This document shows positions 17,213 through 26,411 of a stretch of DNA of 41,330 bases, one piece after another (the stretch's first letter is position 1; every line of letters begins with the position of its first letter). The translations under genes were made by a program, and so were the position numbers. The stretch lies in the NCBI GenBank assembly GCA_902797785.1, contig CADBUD010000076.1, forward strand, positions 1 through 41,330, in the 5' to 3' direction. The notes under the pieces are model-generated. The model made no database searches. It worked only from the letters and a program-made list of their open reading frames with translations, and was not told the DNA's origin. This DNA comes from an uncultured Lachnospiraceae bacterium (GTDB lineage Bacteria > Bacillota > Clostridia > Lachnospirales > Lachnospiraceae).

Positions 17213-20200
17213 ATGAGAAATAGGTTAAAAAAATTAGTATCATTTGTTTTGGCGTTGGCGATGGTAGTTACGTTTCAGGGAGAAACTTTCTGGGGACTAC
17301 GATCGCCAATGATTTCTGAGGCAGCGGTGAATGGGAAATCATACGCTGCACCGTCGAATGGATCGGAGTTTACTTATTCTTTTGGGGAGGAGATTCCGGT
17401 ATCTTATCATATTTATACCACGATTAACGGAGAAGAGTTCGATATTACGAGACTTCTAGATTCATCAGCAGTGACATGGAAGGCATCACCGATGGGCAGT
17501 GTCGGACTGAGTACTGTGACTGGCAGTGGATTGACAGTAAAGGTCATAGATGCAGCTTCTTATCGTGTACAGCTTCAAAATCTTGCACTTGCAAAAGAGG
17601 CACTGACAACCAGCACAGGCGCGATACAGTCTTCTTTGTCTGCTTGTTTAAATTCAGAGGAAAATGCGAAAAAACTGTTGCTTTTAACTGGCTATACAGA
17701 GACCAGTCCGGATGTATTTCAAATCGATGAAGGAGAGACGCCAGGGCTTTCCGATATTTCAGAAACATTAACGGTCAAGGCGGTGGATTTGTCAGATTTG
17801 GCAGAAATCAAACTTGCTTCCGGTTCGTCCTACCAATATACCGGCTCTTATATCACTCCTGTTAATGGAATCTACATTCGTGGAGAGGAGATAGAAGGAA
17901 GTACAGCAGAAAGGATTTCTTCTAGTTTAAGAGAAGGAACGGATTATCGAATTACATATACAGATCATCTTGAAGCGGGACAGGCAACGGCAAATGTGAC
18001 TTTTCTAGGCAATTATACAGGGAACGTATCCCAGCAGTTTATAATCACTAAGACGGAGACAGTTCCGACCTATCAGATGTTAATCGTGAGTGGATCTTCC
18101 GCTGTACTTCCTGCCAGTTATGTACAGGAATATACCGGAGAAGAAATCAGACCGCAGATTTTGGTCATTGACCGTTCGGATTATAGAAAAGAAAAGTCAG
18201 CAGACGACTATACAGAGGCACTTACGGATTCAGAATATGAAGTATTTTATGAAAATAATGTAGAAGCCGGAACAGCAAAAATCCGGGTGACAGGAGAGTT
18301 TGGAACCTTATCTTCTTCCTTTAAGATTTCTTCTGTCAGTATTTTATCAGATTCTTCCCGGCGGATTACCATGGATGAGATTGGTTCTTATGGATATACC
18401 GGGGAAAAGCTTATACCGGAGATCAATTTATATGATCAGGGAAGACTTTTGATTTTAAATCAGGATTATATCACCTCGTTCAAAAATAATATTGAACCGG
18501 GAATTGCCGAGGCTGTGATTACCGGAATAGGAAATTACAGTGGACAGCTCACAAAACAATTTCAAATAATAAAAACGTCATATTCTATCACTCTGGACGG
18601 AGAGAGTCCGTATCTTTATCGTGCCAGGTATGATGGGACGAGGAAACAGCCGGTGGTAGAAGTGAAAAAACAGCTTACGACGGGAAGTGCTGTGACTTCG
18701 ATCACGTTAGATAAAGATATCGATTTTTATGTAGAATATGGAGTCAATACCAATGCCGGGACGGGATCTGTCCGGGTCATCAGTGTCAATCAGGAGTTTG
18801 ATGAGGCAGTTTATAGTTTCCCAATCGATCCGGCAGAACTCAAAAAAGAAATGTTCGAGGACATTCCGGATCAGGATTATACAGGGGAAGAAATTACACC
18901 GGCATTATCTGCTTATGATTTTGAGTTCGCCAATAGGTATCTTTCAAAGGAAATCGACTATAAGGTATCATATCAGGACAATCTTTCTGTCGGAACAGGC
19001 AGTGCTATGGTTTTTGCAGTTGGAAATTATACAGGCACTTTCCTTTTAAATTTTCAAATTGTAGATGTAGGGGTTCAGGTCATGCTTGCTACAGAACAGT
19101 CATTTACATATGATGGTACCCCGAAGACGCCGAAGGTCGTTGTGACCAAGACCCGCGGAGAGGCCGGAAGTACAAAGACCTTGACAGAAGGATTGGACTA
19201 TGAAGTGTCTTATCAGGATAATGTCAATGCAGGAACAGGAAGTGCCAGGGTACATTTTTTGACAGAAGATCAGCCGGACCGGGTGTGTTATTTCACAATA
19301 AAAAAAGCAGATCTTTCACAATGCGCGGAGATTTCTGACATTGCAGATCAAAGCTATACAGGAACGGAGATCACCCCGGCTGTTAATGTAGCTTTCCTTC
19401 AAAGGGAAACGGGAGAGAGAATGTCTCTCCTAAAAGAGGAAAAGGATTATGAGGTCATTTATTCGAATCATATTCAGCCGGGGACAGCAAAAGTCCTTGT
19501 CATGGCATTGGCTGACAGTAATTTTTATGGTTCGTTAAGAAAAGAGTTTCAGATCATAAAAACATCCTATGAATTTACTTTGGATGGACAGAATCCATAT
19601 CAGTATCAGGCTGAGTATGATGGGACAAGGCATCTTCCTAAAGTGGAGGTAAAGCAGTGTTTTTCGACAGGAACAGCCGTGATCTTGCAGAATGGACAGG
19701 ATTTTCATGTAGAATATGGAGAAAACAAAAACGCGGGGATGGGGCAGGTAACGATTGTCAGTGAGGAAAAAGGACAGTTTGAGGTATCCTATCGCTTTGC
19801 AATCTCACCGGTCGATTTAGAGGATGTATCATGGGAGGAGATTCCGGATCAGGAGGTTACAAAAACGGAGAGGAAGCCAGTCATTAAGGGACAGTATCAA
19901 AATGCCTCCGGTGCGTCCATATCTCTTGCCGAGGGAGTCGATTTTGAGACGGCTTACCAGAATAATATCGCGGTGGGTACAGCTTCTGCGATTTTGACAG
20001 CAAAGGGGAATTATACAGGAACCAAGGTCCTTTTCTTTCAGATCGTACCGTGCAGGATTCAGGTAGAACTGATTTCATCAGCTGCGATCCGATACGATGG
20101 TACCGCCAAGACGCCATCATTTCTTGTGACCAAAAATGAAAAAGAGTTAACTGAAGGAATCGACTATGAGGTGATTTATTCAGACAATATCAATGCAGGG

Positions 20201-23200
20201 ACAGCCAGTGCAAGGATTCATTTTACCACAGAGAATCTGGAGGACAGGCTTTGTCATTTTGAGATTCAAAAAGTAAAGCTTTCTGATGTGGCAAGAATGG
20301 CAGAGATTCCGGATCAGACTTATACCGGGCAGGAAATATGTCCGCTTGTATCATTACGTACCATAACAGGAGAAGAGGATGATGCGTCTGCCCTAAAAGA
20401 AGGAAGTGACTATCAGATTCTCTACGAGAATAATATCGAAGCCGGAACCGGCAGTGCGATAGCCATGGCTTTATCAGGCAGCAATTACTATGGTTCTTTG
20501 AAGCAGACCTTCCAGATTGAAAAAGAAATCGAGTATCTGCCGTTGATCGTAAGCGGTCAGGCAGCGTTACTTCCGTCCAGGTATTCCTGCCAATATACCG
20601 GCAGGCAGGTTATGCCAGAGGTGATTTTGGTCAAAAAAGAAGACTACCGGGAGGGAAAATCAGAAGCAGACTATGATAAAGTATCCCCGTCGGATTATTT
20701 TGTGACCTATGAGAATAATCTTGATGCAGGTAAGGCCAAAATCCAAATTGAGGCAGCGACAGGAAGCTATCAGACCGGATTTACGATTACTCCGGCAGAG
20801 ATTACAGAAGAAGCGGTGGGAGAAATTGGCACCTATGCTTATACCGGGGAGAAGATTCAGCCGGAGATTACGATACTTCTTCAGGGAAATGCATTGATTC
20901 CGCAAAGGGACTATACCGCTGTTTATCAGAATAATACGGCTCCTGGAACAGCATCTGTCACGATACTGGGGACAGGAAATTATATCGGACAGGTAAAAAA
21001 AGACTTTTTGATTGTTACATCTGATTATGCGGTGACCCTCGACCAGAAAGAGCCATACCAATATCAGACACAATATGATGGGACCCGTCATCTTCCAAAG
21101 GTTGAGATTCAAAAGAATACCTCTACAGGAGCTTCAATCACTTTGAAAGAGGGAGAGGATTACTATGTAGAATATGGCAGGAACATAGATGCAGGCTATG
21201 GTTCGGTCAAAGTCATCAGCAGGAAGAAAGCATTTGAGGATTTGACCTATAGCTTTATGATTGAACCTGCTTCTATAGAAAAAGCCGATGTTTTAGAGAT
21301 TCCAGATCAGGACTATACAAAATCGGCCGTTCGTCCGGAAATCTATGCCAGCTATAAGACTACATCCGGGACGGCGTTGTTCCTGGTAGAAGGAATCGAT
21401 TACCGGCTGTCCTATCGGAATAATACGGACATTGGAACAGGAACAGTGATGGTTTCAGCAATGGGAAATTATGCTGGGAGTAGAGAACTTTCTTTCCGTA
21501 TCGTTGCCTCAGATTTGCAGATACGTCTGGCATCCTCACAGGAAATAAGATATGACGGCAGGGCAAAGACACCAAAATTTGTCATTACCCGAAGGGGAAC
21601 GGAGTTGAGTGAAGGAAAGGATTATCAGGTCACCTACACAGACAATATCGATGCCGGAATTGCCAAGGCAGAGATTCATTTCCTGACGGTTCCGGAAGAG
21701 GATGCAGTATATCCGTTTGTGATTCAAAAGGCAAATATTGCAGAAGCAGCAAAGGCAGATCCGATAGCAGATCAGCTGTATACCGGAGGAGCTCTGACAC
21801 CGGAGCCTATTGTTACCTATACGGTTGAAGAAGTGGGAGATACTCTGCTTTATGCCTTAAAAAACGGAGTAGATTATACCGTGACCTATTCGGATAATAT
21901 TGAGGCCGGTACAGCAAAGGTTCTGATTATGGGACTTTCCAGCAGCAATTTCTACGGTGTTCTTGAAAAGACGTTCCGTATTGTGGATGAGCGGCCTTTT
22001 GTTACCATTCAGGGCAAGGTCGTCAGTGAATATGTAACGACCTACAATACGGCCAGACAGCTTCCAAAAGTTGAAATCTATCCGGGAAAGGATCTGACAC
22101 AGGAGCCGTTGGTCAATGGACTGGATTATGAGGTATTCTATGGGGAGAATATCGATGCCGGAGAAGGAACGATAAAAATCCGCTACCTGAAGGCAATCTA
22201 CAGCTACGGTGAGGAGACCTACAATTTTACGATTCAGCCGGCAGATCTTGCAAAAGCAAAGGAAATCATTATTCCGGATCAATATTATACCGGAAAAGAA
22301 ATCACGCCGGATTTTAATGTGGAATATGCCATCAGTACAAATTCCTCGATCATTTTGACAGAGGGAAAGGATTATAGTGTAAAATTCATGAACAATATCC
22401 GTCAGGGGTCGGCGGATGTGATTGTGACCGGACAAAAGAACTATATTGGGACAAAGGAAACGGCTTTTAATATTACGAGCGGAAATGATGTGACTTACGT
22501 TGATCCGCAGACCAAGGTACCGACCGTTTCCGTTTATGTTGAGAAGCCGGGACATTTTACCTATACCGGAAAAGAAATCAGACCGGGAATTACGGTAAGC
22601 CCTGGAAATAATGATGCCCAGCAGCTGGTGGAAAATATCGATTATACCATCGAATATGAGAATAATATTGAAGCGGGAACCGCAACGGTCGTCATAAAGG
22701 GCATGGGCTTATATGTAGGAGTCAATCGAAATACGACATTTGAAATTGAGCCTAAGGATATTTCAGAAACGGTGATGGAGGATATTGTGCCTCAGACATA
22801 TCATGGTTCCAGAATTGAGCCGTATGTATCGCTGATCGACATGGAAAGAAAAGTACAGCTTCAAAGAAATATTGATTATGATATAATCTACCAGAATAAC
22901 GTCAATAAGGGCACGGCGACGGTAACCGTGGTAGGACGCGGCAATTATACCGGGTCGATGGAAAAGACGTTTGAGATTGTTTCCTCTGATATCTCCATGG
23001 ATACGGAATCCATTTCCATTAGCAGCGTCAAGGATCAGATCTATACAGGGACGGAAATACATCCTGAGATTACGGTATATGATCACGGAGAGCTTCTTGC
23101 CGAAGGAACAGATTATACCGTATCCTATGTAAACTGTACTAATGCTGGAGAGGCAACAGTAATTATTACCGGAATGAAGAATCTTGAAGGAAAGAAACAG

Positions 23201-24022
23201 ATTCATTTTCAGATTTTGCCAAAGAGTATATCCGATCATACGGTAGCGAATAAGAGAATACCAACGAAAAAATATACATCAGAAGCGTTTAAGCCTGCGG
23301 TCAATATCTATGATACGGCGCGCAATTCCAGGAGACTCACAGCTGGGAAGGATTACACCTGTGTATATTATGATAATGTGGTTGCAGGAACAGCAAAGGT
23401 CACGGTTTTTGGAACTGGAAATTATACCGGCTCCCGTTCTATTTCGTTTAAGATCAATCGGGTAAAGCTTTCAGAAGCGATGGTAAAGGGAGTCAAGCTT
23501 AAAAAGAATCAGCAGTATCAGATCGTGAACTATATTAATACAGTGATTTATAACGGAAAGGCATACCGTAAGGATTTCAAGCTGAAAATCGGAAAACATA
23601 CGCTGATTTCAGGAAGTGATTATACCGTGAAATATATCAATTCTGTTAAGCCGGGACTGGCGAAGATTTTGATCAAAGGAAAGAAAACCGGAAATGCCAG
23701 CGGAAGTATAGCCTTGTATTTCCTGATTCGCCCGGATACAGTGTCAGATTTGAAATCTTCCGCTGTTCCTGATCCGGCATCGGTTCAGCTTTCTTGGACC
23801 AAGTCAAAAGGAGTCAACGGATATCAGATCGATGCAGAGATTTATTCGGAAGCTTCCAGAAAGTGGGTTTCCTATGGTGATGTGGTTCAAACGACCAAAA
23901 AGACAAAACTTACCATTTCCAATCTACCGGCCGGAAGATATCGTTTTCATGTATATGCCTATAAAAATGTAAATCATAAACGTGTGTTGTCGAAAAAGCA
24001 AACCGTATATTGGAGTGTTTGA
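17213..24022 (+). CDS. 2269-aa secreted repeat protein: ~24 tandem MBG/YDG-like adhesin domains plus a C-terminal fibronectin type III domain
   Basis: GGAAGGGG RBS and signal peptide MRNRLKKLVSFVLALAMVVTFQG. From about aa 190 to 2173 there are ~24 units of 75-90 aa with the recurrent pattern Y(T/D)G..(I/K)(T/R)P ... G.DY.V.Y.NN..AGTA.V.V.G.GNY.G.....F.I. The last 96 aa (23732-24019) are FN3-like (SVQLSWTKSKGVNGYQID ... RYRFHVYAY). No LPXTG, SLH, CWB or C-terminal TM segment seen. Confidence 0.85.
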   Translation: MRNRLKKLVSFVLALAMVVTFQGETFWGLRSPMISEAAVNGKSYAAPSNGSEFTYSFGEEIPVSYHIYTTINGEEFDITRLLDSSAVTWKASPMGSVGLSTVTGSGLTVKVIDAASYRVQLQNLALAKEALTTSTGAIQSSLSACLNSEENAKKLLLLTGYTETSPDVFQIDEGETPGLSDISETLTVKAVDLSDLAEIKLASGSSYQYTGSYITPVNGIYIRGEEIEGSTAERISSSLREGTDYRITYTDHLEAGQATANVTFLGNYTGNVSQQFIITKTETVPTYQMLIVSGSSAVLPASYVQEYTGEEIRPQILVIDRSDYRKEKSADDYTEALTDSEYEVFYENNVEAGTAKIRVTGEFGTLSSSFKISSVSILSDSSRRITMDEIGSYGYTGEKLIPEINLYDQGRLLILNQDYITSFKNNIEPGIAEAVITGIGNYSGQLTKQFQIIKTSYSITLDGESPYLYRARYDGTRKQPVVEVKKQLTTGSAVTSITLDKDIDFYVEYGVNTNAGTGSVRVISVNQEFDEAVYSFPIDPAELKKEMFEDIPDQDYTGEEITPALSAYDFEFANRYLSKEIDYKVSYQDNLSVGTGSAMVFAVGNYTGTFLLNFQIVDVGVQVMLATEQSFTYDGTPKTPKVVVTKTRGEAGSTKTLTEGLDYEVSYQDNVNAGTGSARVHFLTEDQPDRVCYFTIKKADLSQCAEISDIADQSYTGTEITPAVNVAFLQRETGERMSLLKEEKDYEVIYSNHIQPGTAKVLVMALADSNFYGSLRKEFQIIKTSYEFTLDGQNPYQYQAEYDGTRHLPKVEVKQCFSTGTAVILQNGQDFHVEYGENKNAGMGQVTIVSEEKGQFEVSYRFAISPVDLEDVSWEEIPDQEVTKTERKPVIKGQYQNASGASISLAEGVDFETAYQNNIAVGTASAILTAKGNYTGTKVLFFQIVPCRIQVELISSAAIRYDGTAKTPSFLVTKNEKELTEGIDYEVIYSDNINAGTASARIHFTTENLEDRLCHFEIQKVKLSDVARMAEIPDQTYTGQEICPLVSLRTITGEEDDASALKEGSDYQILYENNIEAGTGSAIAMALSGSNYYGSLKQTFQIEKEIEYLPLIVSGQAALLPSRYSCQYTGRQVMPEVILVKKEDYREGKSEADYDKVSPSDYFVTYENNLDAGKAKIQIEAATGSYQTGFTITPAEITEEAVGEIGTYAYTGEKIQPEITILLQGNALIPQRDYTAVYQNNTAPGTASVTILGTGNYIGQVKKDFLIVTSDYAVTLDQKEPYQYQTQYDGTRHLPKVEIQKNTSTGASITLKEGEDYYVEYGRNIDAGYGSVKVISRKKAFEDLTYSFMIEPASIEKADVLEIPDQDYTKSAVRPEIYASYKTTSGTALFLVEGIDYRLSYRNNTDIGTGTVMVSAMGNYAGSRELSFRIVASDLQIRLASSQEIRYDGRAKTPKFVITRRGTELSEGKDYQVTYTDNIDAGIAKAEIHFLTVPEEDAVYPFVIQKANIAEAAKADPIADQLYTGGALTPEPIVTYTVEEVGDTLLYALKNGVDYTVTYSDNIEAGTAKVLIMGLSSSNFYGVLEKTFRIVDERPFVTIQGKVVSEYVTTYNTARQLPKVEIYPGKDLTQEPLVNGLDYEVFYGENIDAGEGTIKIRYLKAIYSYGEETYNFTIQPADLAKAKEIIIPDQYYTGKEITPDFNVEYAISTNSSIILTEGKDYSVKFMNNIRQGSADVIVTGQKNYIGTKETAFNITSGNDVTYVDPQTKVPTVSVYVEKPGHFTYTGKEIRPGITVSPGNNDAQQLVENIDYTIEYENNIEAGTATVVIKGMGLYVGVNRNTTFEIEPKDISETVMEDIVPQTYHGSRIEPYVSLIDMERKVQLQRNIDYDIIYQNNVNKGTATVTVVGRGNYTGSMEKTFEIVSSDISMDTESISISSVKDQIYTGTEIHPEITVYDHGELLAEGTDYTVSYVNCTNAGEATVIITGMKNLEGKKQIHFQILPKSISDHTVANKRIPTKKYTSEAFKPAVNIYDTARNSRRLTAGKDYTCVYYDNVVAGTAKVTVFGTGNYTGSRSISFKINRVKLSEAMVKGVKLKKNQQYQIVNYINTVIYNGKAYRKDFKLKIGKHTLISGSDYTVKYINSVKPGLAKILIKGKKTGNASGSIALYFLIRPDTVSDLKSSAVPDPASVQLSWTKSKGVNGYQIDAEIYSEASRKWVSYGDVVQTTKKTKLTISNLPAGRYRFHVYAYKNVNHKRVLSKKQTVYWSV

Positions 24023-24043
24023 TGGGCATGGTTCAGTAAGAAT

Positions 24044-24090
24044 AAAAGCCTCCATGCAGGGAGCGTTCTCTCTGCATGGAGGCTTTTTGT
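24044..24090 (+). terminator. Rho-independent terminator after the giant gene
   Basis: AAAAGCCTCCATGCAG (24044-24059) / CTGCATGGAGGCTTTT (24072-24087), a 16-bp stem followed by TTTTTGT. Confidence 0.85.
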
Positions 24091-24171
24091 GTTCAGATGC
24101 GGATGAACGCCGTGAGGAAGACCGTGAAGGTAGCTGCTTGGAGACATAACCTGAGGTAAAAAAAAGAAATG

Positions 24172-24200
24172 GAATAACTTAGACAACCCTGCCATATATT
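24172..24200 (+). promoter_or_regulatory. sigma-E-like sporulation promoter of the spoIIIA operon
   Basis: GAATAAC (24172-24178), 14 nt, CATATATT (24193-24200). Compared with the remembered B. subtilis sigma-E consensus ZHATAXX-14-CATACAHT, there is one mismatch in the -10. Lies about 33 nt upstream of the spoIIIAA ATG. Confidence 0.35.
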
Positions 24201-24232
24201 TAGATAGAAAAAGTTGATGCGGAGCGTGTAAC

Positions 24233-25240
24233 ATGGAGGAATTGTTGAGATATTTTCCAGAGGAATTAAAGAATCTTCTTAGACAGTTAGAGTTAAAGAA
24301 GGAAGATCTGACAGAAATTCGAATCAGAAAAAACAAACCATTGATCTTTTATGAAAATGGCACGGAATTTTTTTTGAAAAAAACTGGGACAAAATCTTTG
24401 TTTCCGGCTTATACCAAGGAACGGTGTGAGGATTATCTCCATGAATCGTTTGATACGATCGCATATGGCGTTGGAGAGAGAGAATTTCAAAGCATTGTTG
24501 AGAAGATAAGTCATTTTTCACTATATGCTCTGGAACACGAGTTAAAACAGGGATATTTCACGATTGATGGAGGTCATAGAATCGGAGTTTCAGGGGAGGC
24601 AGTAATGGAACATGACCGAATCAAAACGCTGAGGAATCTTACGGGATTAAATATCCGGGTCGCACATCAGATTTTGGGTACGGCCGATACCATACTTCCC
24701 TATCTTTATCATCCGGAACGGGGATTCTGCAATACCATGATTGTTTCGCCTCCGGCCTGCGGAAAAACCACATTGCTTCGTGATCTGATTCGGCAGATTT
24801 CAGACGGAAAAGCGTATGGGGAAGGAAGAAAGGTCGGAGTAGTGGATGAGCGGAATGAAATCAGTAGTAGTTATATGGGGAAAATACAAAACGATCTGGG
24901 AATCCGGACGGATGTAATCTGGGGGTGCAAAAAACTGGACGGAATCCAAATGTTGATTCGGAGCATGTCACCGGAGGTGCTGGCGGTCGATGAAATTGCA
25001 GGAAGAAAAGAGGCAGAGGAGCTTTTGACTGCCGTAAGGAGCGGATGCAATATTTTGTTTACGATACATGGAAAAGAGAGGGAAGATGTGCTGTTCCGCA
25101 AAGATTTAATGCCACTTCTTGAAGGGAAGGTATTGGAACGGATGATTCTGCTTTCGCGTTCCGGTTCCCGTTTTTTTCGAAAGGTATATGATTGGAAAGG
25201 AAACGAGGAGTGGGGGGAACATATCTTGTATGCAGAATAA
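24233..25240 (+). CDS. spoIIIAA: stage III sporulation protein AA (ATPase)
   Basis: 335 aa with Walker A SPPACGKTTLLRD and Walker B VLAVDEI. First gene of an eight-gene cluster with the canonical spoIIIA order. Confidence 0.9.
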   Translation: MEELLRYFPEELKNLLRQLELKKEDLTEIRIRKNKPLIFYENGTEFFLKKTGTKSLFPAYTKERCEDYLHESFDTIAYGVGEREFQSIVEKISHFSLYALEHELKQGYFTIDGGHRIGVSGEAVMEHDRIKTLRNLTGLNIRVAHQILGTADTILPYLYHPERGFCNTMIVSPPACGKTTLLRDLIRQISDGKAYGEGRKVGVVDERNEISSSYMGKIQNDLGIRTDVIWGCKKLDGIQMLIRSMSPEVLAVDEIAGRKEAEELLTAVRSGCNILFTIHGKEREDVLFRKDLMPLLEGKVLERMILLSRSGSRFFRKVYDWKGNEEWGEHILYAE

Positions 25241-25260
25241 GGAACGAGGGGAGAAAAAGG

Positions 25261-25776
25261 ATGAAGCTATTAGCGGCCATTATGATTTTTTTTTCCTCTT
25301 CTGCTTATGGAATGTCATTGTCCTTAGAAATGAAAAACAGAATCTTTTGTCTGGAACAGATTCAAATCGGATGTCTCTTGATGAAAAATGAAATGGAGTA
25401 TGGAACAATTCTTTTATCGGAGCTGTTCGACCATCTGTCAGAGCGGACAGAAGGAGAATGGAAACTCTTTTTTTCTGGTGTTTCAAAGGCAGCAGAAGAG
25501 GCAAGTACGGATAGCTTTTATGAAATATGGGAAAAAAATACCCGTCAGTATTTGGACCATATGCCATGGAAGAAGGAAGACAGAATGGAATTTATTGAAC
25601 TTGGAAAAGGGATGGGGTATCTTGACAGGCAAATGCAACTGGATCAGTTAAAGCTGTATCAAATCCGATTGAATCAAAAAATTCAGGAAGGGAGGAAGCT
25701 TTGGAGGGACAAAGGAAAAATCTATCAGACCTTAGGAGTGATGACAGGGCTTATGACTGTCATACTTTTGATATAA
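25261..25776 (+). CDS. spoIIIAB: stage III sporulation protein AB
   Basis: ATG at 25261 follows GGGGAGAAAAAGG. 171 aa with an N-terminal TM (MKLLAAIMIFFSSSAYG) and a C-terminal TM. Size and position match SpoIIIAB. Confidence 0.85.
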   Translation: MKLLAAIMIFFSSSAYGMSLSLEMKNRIFCLEQIQIGCLLMKNEMEYGTILLSELFDHLSERTEGEWKLFFSGVSKAAEEASTDSFYEIWEKNTRQYLDHMPWKKEDRMEFIELGKGMGYLDRQMQLDQLKLYQIRLNQKIQEGRKLWRDKGKIYQTLGVMTGLMTVILLI

Positions 25777-25789
25777 GAAAGGAGAAAAG

Positions 25790-25984
25790 ATGAGCGTGAA
25801 CCTGATATTTAAAATTGCAGCAGTAGGGATTTTGGTGACCATGCTGAATCATGTGTTAAAGCATAGTGGAAGGGACGATCAGGCCTTTTTGATCAGCCTG
25901 GCCTCCCTGATGCTGGTCATGGGATGGATCCTTCCCTATATTGCGGAGCTGTTCGATACCATTAAGGAATTGTTTGTTTTTTAG
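25790..25984 (+). CDS. spoIIIAC: stage III sporulation protein AC
   Basis: 64-aa two-TM protein (MSVNLIFKIAAVGILVTMLNHVLKHSGRDDQAFL...), typical SpoIIIAC. Confidence 0.9.
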   Translation: MSVNLIFKIAAVGILVTMLNHVLKHSGRDDQAFLISLASLMLVMGWILPYIAELFDTIKELFVF

Positions 25985-25992
25985 GGGGAAAG

Positions 25993-26382
25993 ATGGATAT
26001 TTTAAAAATTGCAATGGCAGGACTTTGCGGGGTGTTTCTTGCGCTTCAATTTCAGACGGGGAAAAAAGAATTCTCCCTTTTGATTGCAATTGTGACAGGG
26101 ATGATCATCTTTTTTTATGCTGTGTCAAAACTTTCCGGTGTGGTCTCAATGATGCAGAGTCTTCAAAAACTGATGGAAATTGATGAGAAATATATTGAGC
26201 TTTTGATAAAAATGATTGGGATTACGTATGTATCGGAATTTTCTTCCAATATCTGCCGGGATGCAGGATATCAGGGAATCGGAAAGCAGATTGAGATGTT
26301 TGGAAAGCTCTGTATCTTTGGCGTCAGTCTGAGTGTGATTCATTCTTTGATTAACCTGGTCGAAGGATTGTTTGAGGGATGA
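25993..26382 (+). CDS. spoIIIAD: stage III sporulation protein AD
   Basis: 129-aa polytopic membrane protein at the canonical position (ITYVSEFSSNICRDAGYQGIG motif). Confidence 0.9.
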   Translation: MDILKIAMAGLCGVFLALQFQTGKKEFSLLIAIVTGMIIFFYAVSKLSGVVSMMQSLQKLMEIDEKYIELLIKMIGITYVSEFSSNICRDAGYQGIGKQIEMFGKLCIFGVSLSVIHSLINLVEGLFEG

Positions 26383-26411
26383 TGTGAGCAATGGTCGTAG
26401 GGAGATATGAC

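Noticed and set aside
20660-23239. Antisense ORFs of 150, 232 and 158 aa inside the 2269-aa gene
   Set aside because: They have no RBS and no recognisable motifs. They are fully contained in a strongly periodic, well-supported sense ORF, so they are a compositional artefact.
17780-23731. Possibility that the periodic repeats (here and in infB) represent CRISPR or another non-coding array
   Set aside because: The repeats are in frame and 225-270 nt long (36-45 nt in infB). They are diverged at the DNA level and contiguous, with no unique spacers. They encode protein domains.
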